From the NCBI GenBank assembly GCA_031269105.1, contig JAISZO010000003.1, forward strand, positions 19,095 through 83,094: DNA of 64,000 nucleotides, in the 5' to 3' direction. Numbering within the stretch: the first letter of the stretch is position 1; each line of letters begins with the position of its first letter. This document shows positions 30,648-42,121 of the stretch, piece by piece. This DNA comes from Planctomycetaceae bacterium. Lineage in GTDB: Bacteria; Planctomycetota; Planctomycetia; Pirellulales; Thermoguttaceae. The notes below the pieces were generated by a model. It worked only from the letters and a program-made list of their open reading frames with translations, was not told the origin of the DNA and did no database searches. The translations under genes and the position numbers were made by a program.

Positions 30648-30859
30648 ATGGAATCTTTACTGCGAATATTGACCAAACGTTTTCATAAAATCTCTTCAAC
30701 CAATCTACAAAAAATGATTTGCGATGAAAGACTTTGAACGTTTTGCTCGATTCACTGATTTTTCTTTATGATTGCGAGACTCTTGATGAATTTGAAACAG
30801 AGTTGAAAATGGAACGAAGTAAAGGAACGGCGTCAATTTTTATATGTGAAGAAGCGTAG
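30648..30859 (+). pseudogene. DUF4351-like (Rpn C-terminal domain) remnant with two frameshifts
   Basis: Three frames together read LLRILTKRFHKISSTNLQKMI / DFERFARFTDFSL / YDCETLDEFETELK. This parallels the C-terminus of the 14434 gene. Confidence 0.5.
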
Positions 30860-30881
30860 ACAAGACGATTGATAAAAATTC

Positions 30882-31973
30882 ATGAAACAGAAAATCCTTT
30901 GCGTTGCCGGTGCAAGACCGAATTTTATGAAAATCGCTCCAATCATGGAGGCGTTCAATACGTCTCCAGACATTGAACCGATTCTCGTGCATACCGGTCA
31001 GCGCTATGACGAAAAAATGAGCGACTTATTTTTCAGAGAACTTGGAATTCCAACGCCGGACGTCAATCTTGGAGTCGGAAGCGGTTCGCACGCCGTGCAG
31101 ACTGCTGAAATAATGAAGACGTTTGAACAGGTTTGTCTTGAATATAAGCCCGATTATGTTTTGGTGGTTGGCGACGTGAATAGTACGATTGCGTGCGGAC
31201 TTGTCGCGGTGAAACTTGGCGTCAAGTTGATTCATGTGGAAGCCGGTTTGCGAAGCGGCGACAGAACGATGCCGGAAGAAATCAACCGGATTTTGACCGA
31301 TTCCATCAGCGACTTATTGTTTTGTACGGAAAAAAACGGCGTCGAAAATTTGCAAAAAGAAGGCGTGAACGTTTCTAAAATTCATCTTGTTGGAAATGTG
31401 ATGATTGACACGCTTTTGAAAAATCGGGACAAGGCGGAACAATCGCGTGTTTTGGAAGAAATGCAATTAACGCCGAAACGTTACGCGACAATGACGCTGC
31501 ACCGTCCGAGTAACGTTGATGATAAGACAATTTTCAGCGGTTTGTTAGACGCGATTGAAACGATACAAAACGACATGCCGGTTATTTTTCCGATTCATCC
31601 GCGAACAAGAAAGAATATTGAGACGTTCGGTTTGAGTAATCGCGTTAAAAATATGACAAATTTGCGATTGACGGAACCGATTGGCTATTTGGATTTTTTG
31701 AAATTGAACGCAAACGCATATTTGGTGTTGACCGATTCCGGCGGTTTGCAAGAAGAAACGACGATTTTGAAAGTTCCGTGCATTACGCTTCGGGAAAATA
31801 CGGAACGTCCGGTCACGTGCGAAGTCGGTTCCAATCAATTAGCCGGCGTTTTGCCGCAAGCGATTTTGAATGCGTATCAAAAGATTAAAGAGAATAAACT
31901 TCATACGCCGCAAATTCCCGAACTTTGGGACGGAAAAGCTGCGGAACGGATAGTGAAAGTGTTAGCAGGTTAA
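30882..31973 (+). CDS. wecB: UDP-N-acetylglucosamine 2-epimerase (non-hydrolysing)
   Basis: GARPNFMKIAP, HTGQRYD, VVGDVNST, HVEAGLRS, TDSGGLQEE. Confidence 0.9.
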   Translation: MKQKILCVAGARPNFMKIAPIMEAFNTSPDIEPILVHTGQRYDEKMSDLFFRELGIPTPDVNLGVGSGSHAVQTAEIMKTFEQVCLEYKPDYVLVVGDVNSTIACGLVAVKLGVKLIHVEAGLRSGDRTMPEEINRILTDSISDLLFCTEKNGVENLQKEGVNVSKIHLVGNVMIDTLLKNRDKAEQSRVLEEMQLTPKRYATMTLHRPSNVDDKTIFSGLLDAIETIQNDMPVIFPIHPRTRKNIETFGLSNRVKNMTNLRLTEPIGYLDFLKLNANAYLVLTDSGGLQEETTILKVPCITLRENTERPVTCEVGSNQLAGVLPQAILNAYQKIKENKLHTPQIPELWDGKAAERIVKVLAG

Positions 31974-31976
31974 ACG

Positions 31977-32111
31977 ATGCAGGGAATTGAAAGAATACGG
32001 GTTTTGAATGTTCCGGCGGACGTTTTGACAATGAACAAAGCGATTGATTGCGCTTGCGAATTAGCAAAAGAATTATCACATTTGGAAAATGCCGGAAGTA
32101 GTGTGAAGTAA
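31977..32111 (+). pseudogene. N-terminal 44-aa stump, possibly WecG/TagA-type glycosyltransferase
   Basis: MQGIERIRVLNVPADVLTMNKAIDCACEL resembles a GT26 N-terminus. It stops after 44 codons, just before the inserted ATPase gene. Confidence 0.3.
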
Positions 32112-32302
32112 AAAACAACAGCGGAATGCAGCAAGCGCAGCAAATGAAACGATTGGAAATTACATGTTGTAGAGACAGATGTGGAAAAAAATACCTCGAA
32201 GAAAAGATTGACATGGTAAAATATTTAATTATCATAGTAACAGTCAATGCTCGTATGATTTTACAATCCAATGCGTGATTTTACGATATTTTTTATAAAA
32301 CT

Positions 32303-33526
32303 ATGATACAAAGAACTTTATCATCGACATTTATTGAAGTTTCCGATATATTTCCTGTCATTTTATTGACCGGAATGAGACAAGTCGGTAAAAGTACGCT
32401 GTTAGAAATGTTGAAAACTGCCGGCAGAAAATATGTGTCTCTGGATAGTTTTGACGACCGCACGCTTGCGAAAAACAATCCGGCGCTTTTCATTCAACGC
32501 TATGAGCCGCCGGTGATGATTGACGAAATTCAGTATGCGCCGGAACTATTTACCGCTATAAAAATCCATGTCGATAAGAACCGCCAAAACGGACAATTTT
32601 GGCTTACGGGTTCGCAAAAATTTTCGCTGATGAAAGGGATTCAGGAATCGCTTGCAGGACGGGTTGCTATTTTGGAGATGTTGGGCTTTTCATTTCGTGA
32701 AACGATTGACAAAGCCAATGAAGTCAAACCATTTTTGGAAATGATAAAAAACTTAAAATCAGAGAATGACAACACGGAAGAATGGACGTTAAAACAGATG
32801 TATCAAACAATTTTTAACGGCTCTTTTCCTCAAATGATTGTCAACAAAGGCAAAGGACGCGATGTTTTTTTCAAGTCGTATTTGCAAACCTACATTGAAC
32901 GCGATGTGCGCGATTATCATGGTATTACGAATAATTTGAAGTTTTACAATTTTGTACGATCTGTTGCGGTGCGGACGGGAAATTTATTGAATTACAGCGA
33001 CTTGTCGCGCGATGTGGAAATTGACGTTCGCACAACGAAAACATGGCTTGATATTTTGGAACGTTCGGGACTTATCCGGTTGCTTTATCCTTACCATTTG
33101 AATTTGACAAAACGTATTATTAAAACGCCAAAAATTTATTTTATGGATACGGGGCTTTGCGCCTACCTTGCGGGAATGGAGAGTCCTGAAACGCTTGAAG
33201 CGGGTTATTTGACCGGCTCAATATTGGAAACTTACGCTTTTATTCAAATATATATGAGTTACTTACATAACGGCAAAGAACCGGGCATTTACTTTTACCG
33301 CGACGCCGATCAAAAAGAGATCGACTTTTTGATTGAACAGAATGGAATGATTTTTCCTGTTGAGGTCAAGAAAAACGCGTCGCCGACAATGAACGACGCC
33401 AAAAACTTTGCAATTTTGAAGAAATTGAAAAAACCGATTGGTCAAGGAACAGTGCTTTGTTTAAGAAATTCATCGTTGCCGTTGGCGGAAAATGTAACGG
33501 CAATACCTATGTGGAATGTTGCATAA
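32303..33526 (+). CDS. Orphan AAA ATPase (COG1373-like, DUF4143 type)
   Basis: Walker A LTGMRQVGKST, IDEIQY, and a C-terminal restriction-endonuclease-like tail (EIDFLIE...PVEVK). Confidence 0.75.
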   Translation: MIQRTLSSTFIEVSDIFPVILLTGMRQVGKSTLLEMLKTAGRKYVSLDSFDDRTLAKNNPALFIQRYEPPVMIDEIQYAPELFTAIKIHVDKNRQNGQFWLTGSQKFSLMKGIQESLAGRVAILEMLGFSFRETIDKANEVKPFLEMIKNLKSENDNTEEWTLKQMYQTIFNGSFPQMIVNKGKGRDVFFKSYLQTYIERDVRDYHGITNNLKFYNFVRSVAVRTGNLLNYSDLSRDVEIDVRTTKTWLDILERSGLIRLLYPYHLNLTKRIIKTPKIYFMDTGLCAYLAGMESPETLEAGYLTGSILETYAFIQIYMSYLHNGKEPGIYFYRDADQKEIDFLIEQNGMIFPVEVKKNASPTMNDAKNFAILKKLKKPIGQGTVLCLRNSSLPLAENVTAIPMWNVA

Positions 33527-33607
33527 AAGTATTACAATAACAAGATGTTGTTACATAAAATGTCCCCGTCAGGGACGAAATGTCGAAATATAAAACATAA
33601 TTATTCA

Positions 33608-35122
33608 ATGTCGAATCTCAAGAAACAATTTATTAAGAACGCTTGTTCGGGATGGCTTGCCCAATTGTCGGCGGCGATTGTCGGATTTATTATGCTTCCG
33701 TATAATCTTCACTATCTTGGCAAAGAGGTTTACGGAATCAGTGTTCTTGCGGTTTCGGCAATTGCAATGCTGGATTTTTTGTCGCTTGGTATGGGACCGG
33801 CGCTGTTGCGTTTCTTTTCTCAATCAATCGCAAAAAATGATAAAGAGGAAATCGGCGTCATTTCCAGTACGTCGCAATTGATTCTCGGCGGTTTGGGATT
33901 GCTCGGCGGCGTGATTATCCTGATCGGTATTCCGTGGTTTCTCCGGTTTTATGAAATTGCATCGGAACATCATCATGAAACGGCAATTTTACTGATCTGT
34001 CTTGCCGCGACTTTTTTTCAGAAATTTCATACAATGGTTTTTTCCTATATTATTACAGCAAGCCATCGATTTGATTTGATTAATTTTAATGGAATTTTCT
34101 CAAGTTGGCTTCGGATGGGATTATTGGTTTTATTCTATAAGATTTTCACACCGTCTTTGATTGGTCTCGGATTAGCAACAATATTAGCTAATACATTCAA
34201 TTACTTTGTGACTATCGGGGTAAGTTTTCTGTTGCAGGGAATATGTGTATGTTTTTCACTACGGAATGTTGTATTTTCTCGTTTTCCATCTCTATTCGTA
34301 TTGAGTTTTTGGACTATGTTAAATAATTTTTGTTTTGTTGTATCCATTCAAGTCCCATTGATGATCATTGGAAAAACATTGAGCAAGGATATGGCCGCTT
34401 ACTTTACACCTGCTATTTTAATTACTACATATTTTTCCAGCATACTAGGGCAAATTTCAGTCCCGCTTACCTCCATTGCTACGCATGATTTTCATAAAAA
34501 TCAAGGAAAAAAACTTCATATTTTGGCTGTTTCAATGGGACAAGTTTCTTCTTGTTTTGGTCATGCCTGCATTTGTTTTTTAATTATATTTATAAAAGAT
34601 ATAGTTTTTTTGTGGTTAGGTGATGGGTTTATTTGGACAAGTTCAATAATTATAGTAATGGCTATCGGTATGTTGTATACAAAGATTCAATTCGTAAATT
34701 ATAGCTTGGCATTGGGGGTAACAACGGTCATTCCAATCGTTTGTGTTTCCATTTTCACTGCTTTTATTGTATCCATTGTTACTTGGTTTGGAACTGTTAA
34801 TATGGAATGGGGACTTTGGTATGTGAGCATCGGTGTTACATTGACAAGAATACTTTGCTATACATTTTATCCATCATGGGCTTATTCAAAATTATTTTCA
34901 TATAAATTCCTTTATTATTTAATTCAAGTTTATGTTAAGCCACTATCTACATGTTTTATTGTACTTATATTATTTATAGCAATTCAATATTTTGTTGTTT
35001 TACAGCATGTTCCAAGAATTTATATTGCGGTTTTGGGATCAATTCTAGCAATCACTTTATATTGCTTCATAACATGGTTTTGGGTATTAGCCAAAGAAAC
35101 GAAATCATTATTTCTCAAATAG
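33608..35122 (+). CDS. wzx: Polysaccharide flippase (Wzx-like)
   Basis: About 500 aa and multi-TM, with N-terminus LAQLSAAIVGFIMLPYNLHYLGKEVYG typical of the Wzx/PST family. Confidence 0.65.
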   Translation: MSNLKKQFIKNACSGWLAQLSAAIVGFIMLPYNLHYLGKEVYGISVLAVSAIAMLDFLSLGMGPALLRFFSQSIAKNDKEEIGVISSTSQLILGGLGLLGGVIILIGIPWFLRFYEIASEHHHETAILLICLAATFFQKFHTMVFSYIITASHRFDLINFNGIFSSWLRMGLLVLFYKIFTPSLIGLGLATILANTFNYFVTIGVSFLLQGICVCFSLRNVVFSRFPSLFVLSFWTMLNNFCFVVSIQVPLMIIGKTLSKDMAAYFTPAILITTYFSSILGQISVPLTSIATHDFHKNQGKKLHILAVSMGQVSSCFGHACICFLIIFIKDIVFLWLGDGFIWTSSIIIVMAIGMLYTKIQFVNYSLALGVTTVIPIVCVSIFTAFIVSIVTWFGTVNMEWGLWYVSIGVTLTRILCYTFYPSWAYSKLFSYKFLYYLIQVYVKPLSTCFIVLILFIAIQYFVVLQHVPRIYIAVLGSILAITLYCFITWFWVLAKETKSLFLK

Positions 35123-35243
35123 TGAAATTACGAAGTCCATTGGAAAAATGAATACAAATACACAATAAGACGAGTAAATTTTTTGAGTGATGTAACTTTT
35201 TTATAAAAATAATTATTAAGTCGAATTAACAACAAAGTCAACG

Positions 35244-36497
35244 ATGAATATCTCCCATAATATACAAATAAAAACAATATTCGCAAATTTGGTATTTTTA
35301 TTATTTATTACGTGTATTGTTTGTTCGGGATGGCTTCAAAATTATGTTCACGAGACATTTTCCTATATTGATGAACTATTTGCAATTTTAATTTGTGGAT
35401 GTGCCATCTTTGAGTTTTGTGTAAAAAAAATAAAACTAAATCAATATGAAATTTCTTTCGTAGTTCTATGCTTTTTACTGATAATCATAGGTTTTTTAGG
35501 GAATCTTTTTAGCGAGTATCAAGCCAACAAATTTGCAATGTTGACTGACTGTCTAAGCTGGCTAAAGCTATTTGTCGTATTTCCTTGCCTGAATATACTA
35601 ATCAATCCAGAGAACGGAAAAAAATATTATACCATTGCTCTTCATTATACGAAGTTTTTTATTATCGTAATGTTTATGCTTGTTATTGTAAACTTAGTAC
35701 ATCTATTACCAATTGATGACAAATACGATAGATTTGGTTTACCAGCGTTTGCATTCGGGAGTCACCCAACTTTCACCGCAGCAATAACTTGTGGATTTTT
35801 ATCGCTTTTATTGTTTGATTATAAGAAAAATTTTTTCTGGATTGTTCTAAGTTGTATTATTACTATTGCAACATTGAGAATTAAAGCGATTGTTTATATA
35901 TGTATAGTAGCTATGATGATTCTATTTGTTGGTAATAAGAAAAGTCTTGAGTGGAAACATTTGGTTATGGCATTCTTAATGTGTATCCTAATTGCCAGTA
36001 ATCAAATCTCTTATTATTTTTTTGATTCTGAAATGTCTCGCGCTGCCGCATTTCTTGCATCATTAAAAATCGCAATGAGTTTTTTTCCAATTGGAAGCGG
36101 ATTCGCTACGTTTGGTACGCTTGCATCCGGACAATATTATAGTGAAGCTTACTACATTTACGGTTTAAGTGATAAGTTTGGATTTAGTCCAGAAGCTTAC
36201 AGTTTTGTAGGTGATGGGGGATGGGCAACAGTTATAGGTCAATTTGGATTGATTGGTATATTGCTAATTATTTGTATGATTTTCCTGATGTATAAAAGCA
36301 TTATAGCATATAAACCGTTAACCCTAAATCAACTGCCAGTGTTATCTATTTTCTCCTATTTGTTAATTGCCAGTAGTAGTGAAATCGCTTTTTGTTCTAA
36401 TTATTCACTAATCCTTGCATGTTGTTTCACGCTTATTGTCAATAAATATAAATATGAAAAAATAAATTCACAAGCAATGAATTTCCACAAAGCTTAA
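35244..36497 (+). CDS. wzy: O-antigen polymerase/ligase-like membrane protein (Wzy-like)
   Basis: About 10-12 TM helices, a loop with GSGFATFG, and its position next to wzx. Confidence 0.5.
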   Translation: MNISHNIQIKTIFANLVFLLFITCIVCSGWLQNYVHETFSYIDELFAILICGCAIFEFCVKKIKLNQYEISFVVLCFLLIIIGFLGNLFSEYQANKFAMLTDCLSWLKLFVVFPCLNILINPENGKKYYTIALHYTKFFIIVMFMLVIVNLVHLLPIDDKYDRFGLPAFAFGSHPTFTAAITCGFLSLLLFDYKKNFFWIVLSCIITIATLRIKAIVYICIVAMMILFVGNKKSLEWKHLVMAFLMCILIASNQISYYFFDSEMSRAAAFLASLKIAMSFFPIGSGFATFGTLASGQYYSEAYYIYGLSDKFGFSPEAYSFVGDGGWATVIGQFGLIGILLIICMIFLMYKSIIAYKPLTLNQLPVLSIFSYLLIASSSEIAFCSNYSLILACCFTLIVNKYKYEKINSQAMNFHKA

Positions 36498-36581
36498 TGA
36501 ATGATTTTAAGGTGGTCACTACATAGAGTCGTTTACATTAAAAATTCCACAGTTTCAACAAGATAAGAGTCGGAAAAAACA

Positions 36582-37760
36582 ATGCGAATATTGATTGTAA
36601 GAACGTCAGCAACTTACCACGAGATTATGTCTGCAAATTATAATCTTCAAGAAATTGGTCTAGCCAAAGCATTTAACAAGCGCGGAATAAAATGCGATGT
36701 TGTTTATTGTGGTAAAAAAGTAATAAAAACTGTTCCAGTAGAATTTGCGGCTGGTGAATATTTCAATGTTTTTTATCTAAGTGGGAAAAATTTTCTAAAA
36801 AATGTCATCTACACTGGGTTATATGATTTGATCGGTAAATACGATATTTTGCTTGCTGGAGGATATGATCAAATCCAATCCTGGTTACTTGCGAAAAAAT
36901 ACCACTCCAAACTGGTAATTTATCACGGAACATATTATTCAAATTTTAATATACGATACAATATAAAATGTAGACTTTTTGATATGTTGTTTTTATCTCG
37001 GTACAGAAAATATGAAATTCCTTTTGTTACAAAAAGTATTCTTGCAGCGAATTTTCTCCGTAAAAAAGGTATTAAAAATGTAACCGCTATAGGTGTTGGG
37101 ATTGATACAGAACAACTTAAATCGCAACAATCAATTGAATCAGAATTGTCAAAAGAAATATCACAACAAAAATCCAATGGTAACAATATTTTACTATACA
37201 TTGGAGAAATCAGTCGGAGGAGAAACACTCTTTTTCTTTTAGCGATACTCAAGGCGATGATTGTAAAAAAGAAAAACATCAAACTTGTATTTATCGGTGA
37301 TGGAAACATGGAATACAAAGAAGAATGTTTTCATTATATCAAAACAAATGGACTGAAAGATCATATTATTTATGAAAACAATGTGAAACATGAATTGCTT
37401 CCCGAAATATACAAACTTTCAGATATATTTTTACTACCAACCAAATATGAGATATTCGGAATGGTACTGTTAGAAGCAATGTATTTCGGAACACCTGTTA
37501 TAACCACATATAACGGTGGTTCAGATATGTTAATTCAAAATGGAATCACAGGTATTATAAGAAATGATTTCCACGTTGACGGTTGGTGTGACGATATTTT
37601 AAAATTATTAAAAGATAAAACACTTCGTAATTTAATGAGTAAATCAGCAAAACAGAGAATTATAGATTGTTTTACTTGGGATATGTTAGTTAATAGATTT
37701 TTGGATGTGTTTGCACAACAGGCAGCTAAAAAAGCAAATGAATATCAATTTTACTATTAA
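36582..37760 (+). CDS. Glycosyltransferase, GT4 family
   Basis: LLPTKYEIFGMVLLEAMYFGTPVITTYNGG (E-x7-E region). Confidence 0.8.
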   Translation: MRILIVRTSATYHEIMSANYNLQEIGLAKAFNKRGIKCDVVYCGKKVIKTVPVEFAAGEYFNVFYLSGKNFLKNVIYTGLYDLIGKYDILLAGGYDQIQSWLLAKKYHSKLVIYHGTYYSNFNIRYNIKCRLFDMLFLSRYRKYEIPFVTKSILAANFLRKKGIKNVTAIGVGIDTEQLKSQQSIESELSKEISQQKSNGNNILLYIGEISRRRNTLFLLAILKAMIVKKKNIKLVFIGDGNMEYKEECFHYIKTNGLKDHIIYENNVKHELLPEIYKLSDIFLLPTKYEIFGMVLLEAMYFGTPVITTYNGGSDMLIQNGITGIIRNDFHVDGWCDDILKLLKDKTLRNLMSKSAKQRIIDCFTWDMLVNRFLDVFAQQAAKKANEYQFYY

Positions 37761-38997
37761 GAATAATCTTTGCACCGGTTGCGGCGTTTGCGAAAACGCT
37801 TGTCCTACGAAATCAATTAAAATGATTGTCAAGAATGGACGATTTATGCCTGTTGTTAGTGAAGCGACCTGTACTAACAAAAAAGGTTGCCGCCGCTGTT
37901 TTGACGCGTGTCCCGGGCATAGCGTTCCGTTGAATGAAATTGCGAAAAATTGTTTCAATTCGCATGAAACTAAAACAGATGAAAAAATCGGGCGTTATTT
38001 AGGATGTTTTACCGGTTATAGTACCGACTACGATATTCGTTATCATTGCGCATCGGGCGGTATGTTGTCGCAATTTTTGATTTGGCTGCTCGAAAAGAAA
38101 CATATTGACGGTGCGGTAGTTACAAAATTTTCGCGTGAAAATGAGTTATTGGTCGAATCGTTTGTTGCAACGACAAAAGAAGAAATTCTGTCTGCCAAAA
38201 GTTCAAAATACTCGCCTGTTACACTCAATCACGCAATTCAGAATATAAAAAGTCGAGAAGGAAAATATATTATAGTTGGTTTGCCGTGCCATATTCATGG
38301 TTTCCGCAAGTACGAAAAAATGGACGGGAAATTCTGCGAGAAAATTGCAGGTTATTTTGGATTGTATTGCAGCGGCGGGCGTACATTTTATCTAACCGAA
38401 TATATTTTTAAAGAACGGAATATCATCAAAAAAGAACTTGCTTATTTTGCCTATCGCGACGAGGGCTGTCTCGGTTCGCTTGTTGCGGGCGGTATCAGCG
38501 GTACAACGCTGAAACCGTTCCGCGTTGCGGAACGGTTTCAGCAGTACTATCACCCTTTGCGTTCCTTCTTCAAGCCCCGTCGTTGCTTGCAATGTATCGA
38601 CCATTTCGCAGAATTGGCAGATATATCGTTTGGCGATATTCATATTGAACCGTACAGTCAAGATACAGTCGGCGTAAATTCTGTGATTGTTCGTAATCCG
38701 CAGTTTCTTAAATGGTTACACGAAGCATCGGCAGATGGATGTATGGAAATTAAACCGCTCGAAGAACAAAAACTTATCGAATCACAATTTCAGAAGAGAC
38801 AAAAAAATACTTTATTTTTGAAACTGGAAAAATTATGTCGACGCAAAACTCCTCAATATGATGTTGAATTGAAAAACAAAATTACAGTAAAATCAATCTT
38901 TTCATATTTTTTCACTTTAACGCAAATTTTTATCGGCAAACATAAAATACTTTGGTTTATGATATTTTTGTTAAAAAAGAAACCTCCTATTGAATAA
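37738..38997 (+). CDS. FrhB-like (F420 hydrogenase/dehydrogenase beta family) Fe-S protein
   Basis: N-terminal CTGCGVCENACP plus CRRCFDACP clusters, GLPCHIHG, and the usual pairing with a pyruvyl transferase gene. Confidence 0.7.
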   Translation: MNINFTIKNNLCTGCGVCENACPTKSIKMIVKNGRFMPVVSEATCTNKKGCRRCFDACPGHSVPLNEIAKNCFNSHETKTDEKIGRYLGCFTGYSTDYDIRYHCASGGMLSQFLIWLLEKKHIDGAVVTKFSRENELLVESFVATTKEEILSAKSSKYSPVTLNHAIQNIKSREGKYIIVGLPCHIHGFRKYEKMDGKFCEKIAGYFGLYCSGGRTFYLTEYIFKERNIIKKELAYFAYRDEGCLGSLVAGGISGTTLKPFRVAERFQQYYHPLRSFFKPRRCLQCIDHFAELADISFGDIHIEPYSQDTVGVNSVIVRNPQFLKWLHEASADGCMEIKPLEEQKLIESQFQKRQKNTLFLKLEKLCRRKTPQYDVELKNKITVKSIFSYFFTLTQIFIGKHKILWFMIFLLKKKPPIE

Positions 38998-39011
38998 AAA
39001 GATTTATCACC

Positions 39012-40196
39012 ATGGAAAATCAAAAGAAAAAAATTGGTTTAGTCCTTCGCATCGCAAAGAACCACAATAATTATGGTTCTTCGTTACAAAATTATGCTAT
39101 GTTGTCGCAAATTTGGAAGTTGGGATACGATTGTGAAATTATACAATATCAAAAACATGTCTCCTTGTTCAAAAAATTATGGATGGTTATTCAAATGTTT
39201 CGAATAGGTGCTTATCATGATCAGTTTCGTGATTTAAAAGCAAGAATCAGCATGAAACTGCGTAGAAAGTTTGCTGACAACATCGCCATTAGAACATTCG
39301 CTGTTAACCAATTTAAAAAAGAAAAGATAGAACCTTTTGTTAGGGTCTATGACGGCTTTAAAAATTTATGCAATGGTTCTTTGAATTATGCGTTTGTGGT
39401 CGTTGGCAGCGACCAATTATGGACGCCTATGAGTCTCTACAACAAGTATTATAATCTACTGTTTGTTGATGATGAAATTCCTAAAATTTCATACGGGACA
39501 AGTTTTGGTGTTTCGCAAATACATAAACTTCAGTCAAAGCAATACGGAGAGTTTCTTGACAGATTTAATTTTGTCAGTGTTCGTGAAATTTCAGGAAAAA
39601 ATATTGTAGAAACCGTTTCTTCTCAAACAGCCAAAGTTGTCCTTGACCCGACGATGTTGTTTACACGCGAAGAATGGACAAAAGAAATAGAAATATCAAA
39701 GGTAAATACGACTGAATCCTACATTTTTTGTTACTTATTGGGAACAAATCAAGAAGTAAGAAAAGTGGTCAATGAATTAAAACAAAAGACCGGCTTAAAA
39801 ATCATCGTTATTCGTCACATGGACGAATATGTTGCAACTGATGAAAACTTTGGAGACGAAGCACCTTACGATGTCTCTCCCCTTGATTTTGTAAAGTATA
39901 TCAGCGAAGCCCGTTATGTTTGCACTGATTCATTTCATGGTTCTGTGTTTTCTATTCTCTTCCATCGCCAATTTATGACGTTTTATCGATATCCAATACA
40001 AAATAAAGGGTCGCGTAATTCAAGAATTGATTCACTCTTTAAGATACTTGGATTGGAAAATCGTATCTATAAAGAAGATATTTTTAATTCAATTCAAAAT
40101 GATATTCCATATCATGATGTTGATGTTAAGATCAAGGAATTACGGGAAGATTCGCTACAATATTTGAAAAACAGTTTAAAAATATCCGTAAAATAA
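39012..40196 (+). CDS. Polysaccharide pyruvyl transferase
   Basis: NYGSSLQNYA, VVGSDQLW, TDSFHGSVFSILFHRQF. Confidence 0.8.
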   Translation: MENQKKKIGLVLRIAKNHNNYGSSLQNYAMLSQIWKLGYDCEIIQYQKHVSLFKKLWMVIQMFRIGAYHDQFRDLKARISMKLRRKFADNIAIRTFAVNQFKKEKIEPFVRVYDGFKNLCNGSLNYAFVVVGSDQLWTPMSLYNKYYNLLFVDDEIPKISYGTSFGVSQIHKLQSKQYGEFLDRFNFVSVREISGKNIVETVSSQTAKVVLDPTMLFTREEWTKEIEISKVNTTESYIFCYLLGTNQEVRKVVNELKQKTGLKIIVIRHMDEYVATDENFGDEAPYDVSPLDFVKYISEARYVCTDSFHGSVFSILFHRQFMTFYRYPIQNKGSRNSRIDSLFKILGLENRIYKEDIFNSIQNDIPYHDVDVKIKELREDSLQYLKNSLKISVK

Positions 40197-40478
40197 GAAT
40201 CTCCTCTCCAATCAATTTGACATGACCATCTCCGTTTTTTATACTTTTGTAACAGGTGATATAATCCTCCATTTTTATAGGTTTGTACAACGATAGGCAT
40301 TTGTTACTTTAAATTTCGGATTGTGCTGCAATGAATAGCAAAATAGATTGCAATCGTACACATTGATTTTCCTTAAATATTAGGAAGAGCGGGAAATCAA
40401 TGTGTTTATGTCACCTTCCCAAATCATAGACATCATTTTAGATTCCTAATATTAAATTCTTATTAAAAATTAAAAACG

Positions 40479-42098
40479 ATGACAACGGAAATGAAAAAAC
40501 TGCCCATCGGCATACAGACTTTTGAAAAAATTCGTGAAGAAGGTTATTTATATGTTGATAAAACAAAATACCTGCTGGAATTGATAGAAAATGGGGCTGT
40601 TTATTTTCTTGCCCGTCCGCGAAGGTTTGGCAAATCGCTTACTGTTTCAACGTTTGACGCTTTGTTTTCCGGTAAAAAAGAATTATTCAAAGGACTTTAT
40701 GCCGAAGAATTTATGAGCCGTTCCGACTTTAAACCAAGCCCTGTTATTCGGTTGGATTTGAGCAAAGTAACAACAGTCAATGGAATTGACGTGTTTCAAC
40801 AATCCATCGAACAAGGAATTTTGGAGGCAGCCGAAAAATTGCAAGTTCCAATTCAACAAAATCTTTCTCTCGGAGACAGTTTTAGAAATCTAATCTCGGA
40901 AACGGCAAAAAAATATAATTCAAAAGTCGTTATTTTAATTGACGAATATGACAAACCCTCTACCGATTTTATTGATGACATCGTCATGGCAAACAAAATT
41001 CGTGAGATCTTGCGAAGTTATTATGTGCAAATTAAAGCAAACGATGAATATCTACGTTTTGCGTTTATGACAGGAATATCAAAATTCACAAAGTTTGGCG
41101 TTTTTTCAACTTTAAATAATGTTCAGGATATTTCGGTTGTTGAAAAATACGGACAAATTTGCGGTATAACACATGAAGAACTTTTGCAATATTTTCCTCA
41201 ACACATAGAAGCGACTGCGCAAAAATTTCAAATTCCGGCCGATGAGTTGACGCAAAAGATAAAAAATTATTACGATGGTTTTTGTTTTGATATTGGAGGG
41301 AAAAATCGTTTGTACAACCCATTTTCTACACTTTACTTCTTTCAATTCCAGGAATTTTTAAACTATTGGATAGAAAGCGGGACTCCTTCAATGCTTGCCA
41401 AGTATATGAAGGAAAGAAACTTAACCGTTGAGCAATTTCGTAATTATCCATATTCCAAAAACGATTTATTTAATTCAAAAGAAATAGAAAACACATCGCC
41501 TGAAAATTATCTTTATCAGTGTGGATATTTAAGTATTCGTCCCGGGACAACCAATGAATACGCGCTGGATTATCCTAATACAGAAGTGCTGAATGCGATG
41601 TCGGAGTTGGTTTCCGACAATCTTTTGCATAAAAAAAATGAACACATCAATAATTACAAGAGTCAACTTTTAATTGCTTTATCGACATGGAATTACGAAT
41701 TGCTTGTTGAAACATTCAATACATTGCTTGCAAGTATTCCCTACGATGATTTTTATGCGGCGGCAAGACAAAATGTTTTGGTTAACGGTTATAAATTTCC
41801 CGTTCAGGAATGGTTATATCGTTCAACGATTTTAGCGTTTCTTCGCGGTTGCGGTATCGCCACAGTCGCCGAGATGCACACCAATTTAGGACGCGCCGAT
41901 ATGGTCGTCACTCACAAGGGAAACACATTTATATTAGAACTGAAAGTTGCCTATGCGGATGAAAATCCTTCGGACAAAGCCGAAGAAGCATTGCGGCAAA
42001 TTAGAGAAAAAAATTACGCAAAACCCTATCCTAATGCAACATGTATCGGTTTAGCAATAGACGATAAAAAAAGGCAGATAACGGAATTTAGAGTGTAA
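40479..42098 (+). CDS. Orphan AAA-ATPase-like plus PD-(D/E)XK protein (DUF1703 type)
   Basis: LPIGIQTFEKIREEGYLYVDKTKYL, RPRRFGKSL, and C-terminal GRADMVVT...FILELKV nuclease core. Confidence 0.8.
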   Translation: MTTEMKKLPIGIQTFEKIREEGYLYVDKTKYLLELIENGAVYFLARPRRFGKSLTVSTFDALFSGKKELFKGLYAEEFMSRSDFKPSPVIRLDLSKVTTVNGIDVFQQSIEQGILEAAEKLQVPIQQNLSLGDSFRNLISETAKKYNSKVVILIDEYDKPSTDFIDDIVMANKIREILRSYYVQIKANDEYLRFAFMTGISKFTKFGVFSTLNNVQDISVVEKYGQICGITHEELLQYFPQHIEATAQKFQIPADELTQKIKNYYDGFCFDIGGKNRLYNPFSTLYFFQFQEFLNYWIESGTPSMLAKYMKERNLTVEQFRNYPYSKNDLFNSKEIENTSPENYLYQCGYLSIRPGTTNEYALDYPNTEVLNAMSELVSDNLLHKKNEHINNYKSQLLIALSTWNYELLVETFNTLLASIPYDDFYAAARQNVLVNGYKFPVQEWLYRSTILAFLRGCGIATVAEMHTNLGRADMVVTHKGNTFILELKVAYADENPSDKAEEALRQIREKNYAKPYPNATCIGLAIDDKKRQITEFRV

Positions 42099-42121
42099 AT
42101 CATTAGTAAAAATAAAAATCA